Source: Nitrospirota bacterium
GTDB taxonomy: Bacteria > Nitrospirota > UBA9217
Assembly (NCBI GenBank): GCA_035623825.1
Contig: DASPSR010000041.1
Span: 1 to 50,803 of the forward strand
Direction: 5' to 3'
DNA: 50,803 nt
The position numbers and the translations under genes are program-made. The notes beneath the pieces are model-generated. The model had not been told where the DNA came from and did no database searches. It saw nothing but the letters and a program-made list of their open reading frames with translations. Shown here one piece after another: positions 19,425 to 28,445 of the stretch (positions within the stretch are counted from its first letter, which is position 1; each line of letters begins with the position of its first letter).

Positions 19425-20417
19425 TTATAGCTTCATGTTTGCTCCAGCAGTGGACGTTTTCTTTTCCGTTATTTTGAGGAAGGACACTATCTCGGACATG
19501 ACCTCTTTCTGGTGACCGACCCACAGATGCCCTCCGCTCGAGTAGCCGATGAAGCGGGCGTTCGGAATATGCTCGGCGCTGTAGCGGGCGCCGTCGAAGG
19601 TTCCGAACAAATCGTCAGACACGCTCAAGATGAGCGTAGGCGCCGCAATTCGCTCAAGCTCGTAGCGCGGCAAAGAGGATGTGACCGCGGCGTCATTGAT
19701 CAGCCCGAGCCGGCGCGGAGTGACGGGCAGGATGCGGTCGAGCACTTGCATAAGCCGCGCGCGTTCTTCAGCGCTCGCGCTCTCCCTTACGTCCGGCGGT
19801 GTTGCGAGAATCGCCCGGATCACGGTCTTGCGTGCGAGCCGGGGTGCGGCCCAGAACAGGAAGTCCGACCTGAGGGCCGTATTGAACAGAAACTCGAGGC
19901 CGGGCGGGGTCTTCATTGGCGGTCCACCGCCCGTCCGCGGTACGTAGGCGGCCGGGACCAGAAGGACGAGCGCGGCAGTGCGATCAGGATAACGGAGAGC
20001 AAACTGCATCGATGAGGGCGCGCCAGCGGAAGCGCCGACGATCGCGGCATGCCGGATATTCAACGCATCGAGCAGACAGGCGTGAGCATCCGCCTGCGCG
20101 GCCGCGGAAGCGTCGGCGGGGAGCGGCGTTCGTAGATATCCGAACCGTGACATGGCTATGACGCGGAAGCCGCCCTGGACCAGCGCCCCGGAAAAATCGA
20201 GGCCTTGGTCAAAGCCGCCGCCGGCGCCGTGCACGACCAGAACCGGAGGGCCGTTGCCGGCGACTGCGTACTCGATCTGCCCGCATGGTGTCTCAACGAT
20301 CTGGCTCCCGACTGAGATGCGTTCGCGTGCTTGACGGATGTCGCGCCGATAGTTTGCAAAGGCCACCGCGCATAGTCCGGCAAAAAGAAGGCCTATGGGA
20401 ATCGCTAGATACAACAT
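19425..20417 (-). CDS. alpha/beta hydrolase with N-terminal membrane anchor
   Basis: HGAGGG oxyanion motif, [13 protein letters not shown] nucleophile elbow, GGH. Confidence 0.85.
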   Translation of the reverse strand: MLYLAIPIGLLFAGLCAVAFANYRRDIRQARERISVGSQIVETPCGQIEYAVAGNGPPVLVVHGAGGGFDQGLDFSGALVQGGFRVIAMSRFGYLRTPLPADASAAAQADAHACLLDALNIRHAAIVGASAGAPSSMQFALRYPDRTAALVLLVPAAYVPRTGGGPPMKTPPGLEFLFNTALRSDFLFWAAPRLARKTVIRAILATPPDVRESASAEERARLMQVLDRILPVTPRRLGLINDAAVTSSLPRYELERIAAPTLILSVSDDLFGTFDGARYSAEHIPNARFIGYSSGGHLWVGHQKEVMSEIVSFLKITEKKTSTAGANMKL

Positions 20418-20587
20418 GCACGTTGTACTCTCGGCAAGATGCGACCGCCCGGACTTCGGAAGATTACGGGAGGCACGGGTACGGCGTCAGCATTGCCGCC
20501 GCCGTACTCACAATGCGGGAAGGACCTGCCTCAACCGACAAGCCCTTCGCATATTCGAACAATATGCAATTTTTGGCAACGGCGCTC

Positions 20588-20998
20588 CTACTGTGCCCCA
20601 AGCGCTTTCGCCGCCTTGTTCCTGTCCTTCGGAGCGACCCAGAGTATGGCAGCATACCGGCCTGCACCAGCCGACACAGCGTCAATTGCCGTAACGTTAA
20701 TCTTCTTCTCCGACAGGGTTTTGAGCAGGTCGGCCACGGCACCCGTCCGGTCATCGCCCTGGACCAGGAACCCGAACTTCTGGGGACCTGTCTTGATCTT
20801 CGCCGCTTTGGCGGCATTCTTGAACGCTTCCACATCCTCTGGGATAACATCGAGTTGCGCCTTCCTGCCGCTTGGGAACCCCGTGAATGCCAACATGTTC
20901 ACGCCCGCATTCGCCAAAGCCGTGAGCAGACACGCCCCCTCACCTGGCTTGTTCGGTACTTCCATGGCAAAATAAGCAACCTTCCTGACAATGTCCAT
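20588..20998 (-). CDS. tandem ACT-domain protein
   Basis: PNKPGEGA..L..LA.AGVN and DDRTGAVA.LL..L.EKKINV repeats; AGGAGG RBS before ATG 20998. Confidence 0.8.
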   Translation of the reverse strand: MDIVRKVAYFAMEVPNKPGEGACLLTALANAGVNMLAFTGFPSGRKAQLDVIPEDVEAFKNAAKAAKIKTGPQKFGFLVQGDDRTGAVADLLKTLSEKKINVTAIDAVSAGAGRYAAILWVAPKDRNKAAKALGAQ

Positions 20999-21179
20999 AT
21001 TCAACACCTCCTTTTGATGATATTATAGCAGCTTGGAAAGATACCCGTCCTCAGTCCGTCTCCGATATTCGGAGCGCGCCAGCGGATCACTCATGTGAAT
21101 CTAGATTTGGACAGGCCAGCAGCCTGAGAATTCTCCGTATCGTCCTGAAAAATGCCGAACTGCTGGCGAGGCCCTCTGC

Positions 21180-22565
21180 CTACTTCTGAATTCTCTTCAA
21201 GACCTCCCTCGTTGCCACGACTCCCGAAATGGAGGCCTGTATCAACCCCCGGGTGACACCTGCCCCGTCTCCAACCGCGAACAGGTTCCGAACCTCGGTT
21301 TCCAGTGCTGACGTAAGCTTCAGCTTCATGGAGTAAAACTTCACCTCCACGCCGTAGAGGAGCGTATCGCCGGAGTTCACGCCCGGCGCGATATTGTCCA
21401 GGGCCTCGAGCATAGCGATGATGTTTGAAAGATGGCGATACGGGAGCACAAAGCTGAGGTCGCCCGGCGTGGCTTCCTCGAGGGTCGGACGGACCGAGCC
21501 CTCGGCGATCCTTTCCGGTTTGGAGCGCCTGCCCATCTTGAGATCTCCCAGACGCTGGACGATGACACCGCCTCCCAGCAGGTTCGCAAGGCCGGCAATG
21601 TGTCTCCCGTACGAGATGGGATCATTGAAGGGCCTGGTGAAGTCCGTGCTCACGAGCACGGCAAAGTTCGTGTTCTCGGTCTTCCGGTTCTTGTAGCTGT
21701 GGCCGTTCACACTGAAGATCCCCTCGCTGTATTCCTGCACCACCTCCCCGTACGGGTTCATGCAGAATGTGCGCACCCGGTCGTGAAACCGCCTCGAATA
21801 GTAGATGAACTTCCCCTCGTAGGTGACGTCGGTGATGTCCTTCATGATCGCAGCCGGAAGCTCCACGCGCACTCCGATGTCCACCGGATTGGTCTGCAGG
21901 GAGAGGCCGAGCCGCTTTGCCTCTTCAGAAAGCCACGAGGAACCTTCCCTCCCCACGGCAGCGATCACCACAGGCGCCAGAAATACGCTCCCGTCCGCTG
22001 TTTCCACCCCTGACGCTTCCCCGTCCGTTGTCAGGATCCTGCTTACGGGCTTGTCGAACAGGAGATCGATCTTGCCGCTTAAGTATTCACGGATGTTCTT
22101 AAGGACATTCCGGCACATCTCGGTGCCGATATGACGGATCCGCGCGGGGATGAGATCGAGGTTATAGCCGGCGGCCTTTTTTTTGAGACGATTGACGGCA
22201 TCCAGATTTTCTCCGTGGATCTCCATGCCCGCGCCGAAGGAACGATAGACGGAGTCCGCGTACTCGATGAGTGACGCGACCTCCTGGTCGGGGAGATATT
22301 CCTTGAGCCATCCCCCGATATCGGTGTTGAGCGTGAGCTTGCCGTCGCTGTACGCACCTGCTCCTCCCCATCCGCAGAGGATCCCGCAAAGACCGCACTG
22401 AGCGCAGGGAGTGGAGGACTCGACCATGGGGCATGCCCTGCGGTCGATATCGCTCCCCTTCTCGATCATGAGTATCTTGAGACCGGCTTTCTTGACGAGC
22501 TCCAGTGCGGCGAATATCCCGGCCGGCCCGGAGCCGACGATGATGACGTCGTAGGAGGATGGCAT
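21180..22565 (-). CDS. FAD-dependent oxidoreductase (COG2509-like)
   Basis: VIIVGSGPAG Rossmann motif, Cys cluster CP..CAQCGLC, GWGGAGAYSDGKL, RTFCMNP, GDGAGVTRGL. Confidence 0.88.
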   Translation of the reverse strand: MPSSYDVIIVGSGPAGIFAALELVKKAGLKILMIEKGSDIDRRACPMVESSTPCAQCGLCGILCGWGGAGAYSDGKLTLNTDIGGWLKEYLPDQEVASLIEYADSVYRSFGAGMEIHGENLDAVNRLKKKAAGYNLDLIPARIRHIGTEMCRNVLKNIREYLSGKIDLLFDKPVSRILTTDGEASGVETADGSVFLAPVVIAAVGREGSSWLSEEAKRLGLSLQTNPVDIGVRVELPAAIMKDITDVTYEGKFIYYSRRFHDRVRTFCMNPYGEVVQEYSEGIFSVNGHSYKNRKTENTNFAVLVSTDFTRPFNDPISYGRHIAGLANLLGGGVIVQRLGDLKMGRRSKPERIAEGSVRPTLEEATPGDLSFVLPYRHLSNIIAMLEALDNIAPGVNSGDTLLYGVEVKFYSMKLKLTSALETEVRNLFAVGDGAGVTRGLIQASISGVVATREVLKRIQK

Positions 22566-22711
22566 GAATTAAGTATAGCGCAGATACACGAGAGACCGCA
22601 AAGTTATCAGCTTGAACAGGCCAAAAAACGGTTAACTATCCAGCCGGACGATTTTGTGAGTGGAGTGTTCAAGCGCGTTTTTCACCGCTGGCGTGCTACG
22701 ATTGGCGATGA

Positions 22712-23722
22712 TCAGTGGTAATAACCTTCCTTGCCCACCTTGCCCTTGAAGACCGAGTATTTGTATACCGTATAGCCCAACACAACGGGCAGGATGAGTG
22801 CTGCTCCACAGAGCGTGAACTCAAGCGTCTCCCGCTGTGCTGCCGCATCGCGAAAGGTTATGTCGGGCGGAACCGCATAGGGGTAGATCGAAGCAAAAAG
22901 AGCCAGATACCCTGCAAAAAAGAAAACAACACTGAATGCGAAAGGCATGATCTCACGCCTTGCCCTCAGGCTTTTGATGATCCCGTAGAAGGCCAGCAGT
23001 CCCAGCGCGGGGAAGACCCACATGAAATAGACCCTGGGCGGACTAAGCCAGTGGACCATAACCCTGGGGTAGTGAAAGGGCGTCCAGACGATCATCATGA
23101 TTTGGAAGATCAGCGCTACCACTGACGACCGAAAGGCCTTGCCGTAGGCGCGGTCCTGGACCGTCCCCGTGGTCTTGATGATCAGATAGGTGGAGCCGAG
23201 AAGGGCATAGCCGGCGACGAGCCCGATGGCCGTCGCTATTGAATAAGCATTCAGCCAGTCGAAAGGACCGCCCGCAAATTGGCTCCCCGCTACATTAATT
23301 CCCGTAAGAACGCCGCCAAGGATCAAGCCCTGCGCTGCCACAGCAACAAGACTTCCAAGGAAAAAAGCCCTGTCCCAGATATTTTTCCGCACGGAATTTA
23401 TCCGAAACTCGAAGGACACGCCGCGGAAGATCAGCCCGAAGAGAAGCGCAAAGACGGGGATATAAAGAGCGCTGAACAGCACTCCATATATCAGGGGAAA
23501 GGCAGCAAGCAGGGAGCTGCCGCCAAAGACGAGCCAGGTCTGGTTCGCATCCCAGACAGGGGCAATGCTGCTCATCAACACGGTGCGCTCATCCTCACTC
23601 TCTGTGAACGGGAACAGAAGGCCTATCCCAAGCCCGAAGCCGTCCAGGATCACGTAGAGGATCACTGTCAGGGCGAGAAGAGCGACCCAGATAAAGACGA
23701 TGTCCATAGATTGCTCCAACAA
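22712..23722 (-). CDS. cydB: cytochrome bd quinol oxidase subunit II
   Basis: YVILDGFGLGIG, SIAPVWDANQTWLV, LIFRGVSFEFR. Confidence 0.93.
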   Translation of the reverse strand: MLEQSMDIVFIWVALLALTVILYVILDGFGLGIGLLFPFTESEDERTVLMSSIAPVWDANQTWLVFGGSSLLAAFPLIYGVLFSALYIPVFALLFGLIFRGVSFEFRINSVRKNIWDRAFFLGSLVAVAAQGLILGGVLTGINVAGSQFAGGPFDWLNAYSIATAIGLVAGYALLGSTYLIIKTTGTVQDRAYGKAFRSSVVALIFQIMMIVWTPFHYPRVMVHWLSPPRVYFMWVFPALGLLAFYGIIKSLRARREIMPFAFSVVFFFAGYLALFASIYPYAVPPDITFRDAAAQRETLEFTLCGAALILPVVLGYTVYKYSVFKGKVGKEGYYH

Positions 23723-23736
23723 ATTTTTTGGTCCCG

Positions 23737-25122
23737 CTAAGCCTGTGCCTTTCGATCATCATCTGACAAAGGCTTCATCCCCTCCGGGATATGAGCCGCG
23801 GGGAGGGGACTCAAAACGTCCGGGCCTCGCCTGATCATATTGAGGACGACGTATGCGTAGATGGAGCCGATCGCCGCAAAGATGATCAGGAAGAGGCTGA
23901 GCGACCAGATCACATTGCCCGGCGGAATGGGTGAAATACCTTCGTCCGTTCTCATAAGACCATAAACTATCCAGGGCTGGCGGCCCGCTTCGGTTGTTAT
24001 CCATCCTGTTTCGACAGCAAGAAAACCGAGCGGGTGGATGAACAACAGCGTCCAGAGGAACGGCCGATATTGGAAGAGCTTCCCTTTTCTCCAGAGGAAG
24101 AAACCCCAGGCCATGACGAGGACCAAAAGAGTTCCAATCCCAGCCATTATGCGGAACGTCAGGAACAGAAGGGGGACACTCGGACGATTCTCGGGAGGGA
24201 ATTCTTTAAGACCCAAGACCCGGCCATGTAGGGAGTGAGTGGCCAGGAGACTGAGGCCGTCCGGGATGGAGACCTCGAAAACGTTCCTCTCCCCCTTCAC
24301 ATCGGGAAGCGCCGCAACGATAAAGGGTGCGCCTTCATCCGTGTTCGTCTCCCAATGGGCTTCCATTGCGGCAAGCTTGGCCGGCTGATGGCTAACGACC
24401 ATTTTGCCGCTCGAATCGCCGATGATCATCTGAACCGGGGCGAAAAGGGCCGCCATTATCAGCGCGATAGTCAGCGAGCGTCGAAAAAGTGCGCTGTAAA
24501 TGCCCGCCAGGACATAGTACGCGCTGACCCCGGCGACGACAAACGCAGATGTCTCGAGCGCGGCCGCGCTCATATGAAGCATACGCACGATGGTGGAAGG
24601 GTTGAAGATCGCGGCGCTGAAATCAGTGACCTTGAACGTTCCGCCTGTCAGGCTGTATCCGGCCGGGGTCTGCATCCATGAATTGGCAGCCAGGATCCAG
24701 AAGGCAGAAATAATCGTACCGGCCGCTACGAGACATGTGGCGAGAAAATGCATGCCGCGGCTTACCCTGTTCCATCCGAACAGCATGATGCCGAGAAATC
24801 CGGATTCCAGAAAGAAGGCGGTCATGACCTCGAAGGCCATGAGGGGGGCGATGACATTGCTGGCAGCTTGTGAAAAGCGGGAAAAATTAGTGCCGAATTC
24901 GAACGACAGCACAATTCCCGTGACCACCCCGACGCCAAAATTGAGGGCGAAGAACTTCACCCAATAACGATACAGTCGGTAATAGAGTTCTTCCTTCGTC
25001 CTGATCCACAGGAATTCAACGACTACAAGAAAGACGGATAGGCCTATGGTCAACGTGGGGAAGAGGATGTGGAAAAGGGTCGTGACGGCAAACTGAATTC
25101 GTGAGAGCAGGACTGTATCCAT
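23737..25122 (-). CDS. cydA: cytochrome bd quinol oxidase subunit I (short Q-loop)
   Basis: SRIQFA..FHILF, FEFGTN, NSWMQTP, QPAKLAAME, EAGRQPWIVYGLMRT. Confidence 0.95.
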   Translation of the reverse strand: MDTVLLSRIQFAVTTLFHILFPTLTIGLSVFLVVVEFLWIRTKEELYYRLYRYWVKFFALNFGVGVVTGIVLSFEFGTNFSRFSQAASNVIAPLMAFEVMTAFFLESGFLGIMLFGWNRVSRGMHFLATCLVAAGTIISAFWILAANSWMQTPAGYSLTGGTFKVTDFSAAIFNPSTIVRMLHMSAAALETSAFVVAGVSAYYVLAGIYSALFRRSLTIALIMAALFAPVQMIIGDSSGKMVVSHQPAKLAAMEAHWETNTDEGAPFIVAALPDVKGERNVFEVSIPDGLSLLATHSLHGRVLGLKEFPPENRPSVPLLFLTFRIMAGIGTLLVLVMAWGFFLWRKGKLFQYRPFLWTLLFIHPLGFLAVETGWITTEAGRQPWIVYGLMRTDEGISPIPPGNVIWSLSLFLIIFAAIGSIYAYVVLNMIRRGPDVLSPLPAAHIPEGMKPLSDDDRKAQA

Positions 25123-25198
25123 AAGAATGCCTCTACCATCGGTCGGCTTTCGTTATGTCGAGACTGCGCATGAACAGACCTCGTAAACGCCTATCCGA

Positions 25199-25654
25199 TC
25201 ATTTGCGCGTCCGCAGATAATTTACCAGCTTCCAACGCTCTTCTGGAACGAGCTTATCCTTGAAGACCGGCATGCGGCCGAAACCATTGGTGATGGCGTT
25301 GAATATGACGGCGTCGCTCAGCCCCTTCACCATGTTCTGGTCGAGGGCTGGCGGAGGAGGAACAAGCTTTTTGCCCACAGGGCCTCGCTCAGCCGAGGTC
25401 TTGCCATGGCAGATGGCGCAATTGGTTTCGAAGAGCACTCTCCCCTGCGCCAGCGATGCCTCGGTCGGAGCGACGGGATTCTTGAGCATAGCCTCTCCCG
25501 AGACGACCTCTTTGCCGGACACAGGCACGGAATCTGTCGGCGGGGACAGGACCGGCGCCTTATACGGTTTGTAGCTTTGCTGGTCGTCCATCCAGATCGC
25601 CGCCATGAGCAAGGGCGCCAAAGCCAGCATGAGCAGGAGCGACAAATATTTCAT
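25199..25654 (-). CDS. monoheme cytochrome c (ActE-like)
   Basis: MDDQ.SYKPY, CAICH, GFGRMP...ERWKLVNYLR. Confidence 0.85.
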   Translation of the reverse strand: MKYLSLLLMLALAPLLMAAIWMDDQQSYKPYKAPVLSPPTDSVPVSGKEVVSGEAMLKNPVAPTEASLAQGRVLFETNCAICHGKTSAERGPVGKKLVPPPPALDQNMVKGLSDAVIFNAITNGFGRMPVFKDKLVPEERWKLVNYLRTRK

Positions 25655-26160
25655 GGGTTCCCCTCCGCAATCGTCCGGATAGCGCCCGCCTCCTTCATGA
25701 TCGATGCCGCCCTGTTGCTCTCGCTTCCGGAGGTTGTGGAAACGCTGATGCCGATGGAGCCATCGCCGATCGCCGGGTCATAGACTCGTTCTCTTCGAGG
25801 GGGCAGTCTCATCTCGAGGAACATGCCCACGATCGCGCCGAGAATCGCGAAGAGCATGGTGAGCTCGTAGGTAACTATCCCTGCAGGGAAAAGGGCGACG
25901 ATCGGTTTATCGCCTGTCTGCACCGGATACATATAAGCTGTACCTGCTGCCAGGAGAAAGCCCGCGCAGGCGCCGAAGATCCCGCCGCCCAGGGACATCC
26001 AGCGGAACCACGTGCGTTGATCGGTCTTCACCAGCACACCGTCAGGATAGGGAGCTGAGGTAAGCGACGTGATCGTCTTCTCGGCAAAACCGGCTTTGAC
26101 CAGCCTCTCCACCGCCCTGTTCGCGGTTTCAACGTCGCTGAAGGTCCCCAGAGCTTCCAT
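25651..26160 (-). CDS. DUF3341 / ActD-like membrane protein
   Basis: PYP, TGDKP, YELTMLFA motifs with two TM segments; position within act operon. Confidence 0.82.
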   Translation of the reverse strand: MEALGTFSDVETANRAVERLVKAGFAEKTITSLTSAPYPDGVLVKTDQRTWFRWMSLGGGIFGACAGFLLAAGTAYMYPVQTGDKPIVALFPAGIVTYELTMLFAILGAIVGMFLEMRLPPRRERVYDPAIGDGSIGISVSTTSGSESNRAASIMKEAGAIRTIAEGNP

Positions 26161-26220
26161 CAGTTTACTCCTTATTAATCATCTCGACTTCAATCCTAAC
26201 CTTCAATCATAAGCCCGCGA

Positions 26221-27591
26221 TTATCCTTCCTCTTCCGTGATCGAGTGCACCTCTGCACGGCCGAGCCTTATATCAGCATGGCGGTGCCCGAGTTCCCGGA
26301 CGTCGGTAACCGCCACCATCGGGAAAAACTTCGCGAAAAGCGTGTACATGAGCGTGAATCCCGCAAACGCTCCGGCGGTGACGGAAAGCTCCACCCACGA
26401 TGGCGAATAGGTGCCCCAGACGAAAGGCATATTCTTGTGAGAGAGCGACGGTATAATGATGAGATAGCGTTCGATGAACATGCCGACATTGACCATGGCC
26501 GTGATCACGAGCATCGCCCTGACGGAGCGCCTGACCTTTTTGAAGCAGAGACCCGTTACCGGAAGCACCGAGTTGCCGATCAGCATGATGATGAGCAGCG
26601 GCGTGTATTTGCCGGACATGAAACTGAAGACCTCCCATTCGATGGGCTCGTGGGCGTACCAGGTGGTCTGGACCTCGACGAAATAGGTGTAGGACCAGAG
26701 CAGGCAGATGACGAGCAGGAGCTTGCCCATGTTGTCGAAGTGCAGCGGGGTGAGATATTCCTCCAGGTGGAAGATCCTCCGGATGATGATCATGAGCGTA
26801 ATGACCGCGGCGACGCCGGAGGTGATCGCGCCTATTACGAAATAGGGAGGAAAGATCGTGCTGTGCCAGCCGGGGATTACGGTGACGGCGAAATCCCATG
26901 CCACGATCGAATGCACCGAGACCGCCACCGGGATGATGAGCGCCGCCATGAGCGTCGAAGCCTTGCGGAACACCACCCACTCTCGGGCCGTTCCGCGCCA
27001 TCCCATCGCCAGGACAGCATACAGTTTTTGCCTCCAGCCCGTAGAGCGGTCGCGCACCACGGCAAGGTCCGGGAGCATCCCGAGATACAGAAAAAGGCTG
27101 CTGCCGATGATGTAGGTCGTGATCGCCGTAGCATCCCATAACAGCGGAGACCTGAAATTCGGCCACAACCCCCGCTGATTGGGATAGGGTATGAAATAGT
27201 AGACGGCCCAGTTCCTGCCCAGATGGATGACCGGGAAAAGACCGGCTATCGTGATGCTGAAAACGGTCATCGCCTCGGCGGCGCGCAGGATCGGCCTTCG
27301 CCAGTTGGCCTGGGAGAGGCGCAGGATTGCGGAGACCATGGTTCCGGAATGGGAAAGGCCGACCCAGAACACGAAGTTGGCGATGTAGATACCCCACATG
27401 ACAGGGCGGTCCAGCCCGGTCACGCTCATATCGGTCATCACCTGATAGGCGAATGCGGACAGGCCCCATGCCACCACCGCACCGAGGAAGAAGGCGAGCC
27501 CGTACCAGCGCCACGTCGGGGTGCACATCGAGGAGAGCATCTCGTCGTTCAACTGCTGCGCGCTTTTCTCGGCGATCGCATGCTCAGACAT
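26221..27591 (-). CDS. NrfD/PsrC-family quinone-interacting subunit (ActC-like)
   Basis: WGIYIANFVFWVGLSHSGTMVSAIL, AEAMT, HLGR, NFRSPLLWD, SVHSIV, GWHSTIFPPYFV; start MSEHA. Confidence 0.9.
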   Translation of the reverse strand: MSEHAIAEKSAQQLNDEMLSSMCTPTWRWYGLAFFLGAVVAWGLSAFAYQVMTDMSVTGLDRPVMWGIYIANFVFWVGLSHSGTMVSAILRLSQANWRRPILRAAEAMTVFSITIAGLFPVIHLGRNWAVYYFIPYPNQRGLWPNFRSPLLWDATAITTYIIGSSLFLYLGMLPDLAVVRDRSTGWRQKLYAVLAMGWRGTAREWVVFRKASTLMAALIIPVAVSVHSIVAWDFAVTVIPGWHSTIFPPYFVIGAITSGVAAVITLMIIIRRIFHLEEYLTPLHFDNMGKLLLVICLLWSYTYFVEVQTTWYAHEPIEWEVFSFMSGKYTPLLIIMLIGNSVLPVTGLCFKKVRRSVRAMLVITAMVNVGMFIERYLIIIPSLSHKNMPFVWGTYSPSWVELSVTAGAFAGFTLMYTLFAKFFPMVAVTDVRELGHRHADIRLGRAEVHSITEEEG

Positions 27592-28303
27592 GCTCGCGTC
27601 CTCCTCCCTTGAGATAGTTGATCGACGGGTGGGTGCCCAGATGCTCAAGGAGCCGGAAACGCCGGGGACTTCGGGCGAGACGCGATACCCGGCTCTGGGG
27701 ATCGGCCATGTTTCCGAAGACGAGGGCTTCAGGAGGACAGGTCTGGGCGCAGGCGGGCTGAACCTCCCCGTCCCTTATCAATCGTCCTTCGGCCTTTGCG
27801 TCTTCCTTGGCCCGGCGGATGCGCTGGATGCAGAAGGAGCATTTCTCCATGACGCCGCGAGGCCGCACGGTTATGTCCGGCGAGAGCTGGTTGTCTAGCG
27901 GCGGCGGCCAAGCGTGCTCATGGTCGTAGAAGTTGAAGACCCGAACGGCGTAGGGGCAGTTGTTGCCGCAGTAGCGGGTGCCCACACAGCGGTTGTAGAC
28001 CTGGCCGTTCAGGCCGTCGGGGTTATGGTAGCTGGCATAGACCGGGCATACCGGCTCGCAGGGGGCGTCGTGGCAGTGCTGGCAGAGCACCGGCAGGAAG
28101 CGCACCCGGACATCGGGATACTCGCCGACCCAGAAGCGCTCGATCCGAAGCCAGTGCATGTTACGGCCTTGAGCCATCTCCTTCTTGGCGCAGATGGCAA
28201 CGTTGTTCTCGGCCTGGCACGCTACAACGCACGCGCCGCACCCGGTGCAGCGGTCGAGATCCACGATCATTCCCCATTTGTACGGGCTTGTTATTTTTTC
28301 CAT
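27584..28303 (-). CDS. Fe-S subunit (ActB2-like; three [4Fe-4S] plus one [3Fe-4S])
   Basis: CTGCGACVVAC, CQHC..APCEPVCP, CVGTRYCGNNCP, RGVMEKCSFC..CAQTCP. Confidence 0.9.
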   Translation of the reverse strand: MEKITSPYKWGMIVDLDRCTGCGACVVACQAENNVAICAKKEMAQGRNMHWLRIERFWVGEYPDVRVRFLPVLCQHCHDAPCEPVCPVYASYHNPDGLNGQVYNRCVGTRYCGNNCPYAVRVFNFYDHEHAWPPPLDNQLSPDITVRPRGVMEKCSFCIQRIRRAKEDAKAEGRLIRDGEVQPACAQTCPPEALVFGNMADPQSRVSRLARSPRRFRLLEHLGTHPSINYLKGGGREHV

Positions 28304-28445
28304 CTTTGCAAAATCCTCATGATATTAAAATGTGTCCGACGCTGACCCGGACAAGCCGGGACCAAAAACTCTCATCACATAGACACCGAGGGCAAAAAAC
28401 ATCTACTGCATGGCGCTGCAATGAGTAAATCTGCCGTCTATCAGG

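Noticed and set aside
26273-27526. 417-aa alternative-frame ORF, and similarly 28479..29576 on the plus strand
   Set aside because: Shadow frames of the actC-like and actB1-like genes.
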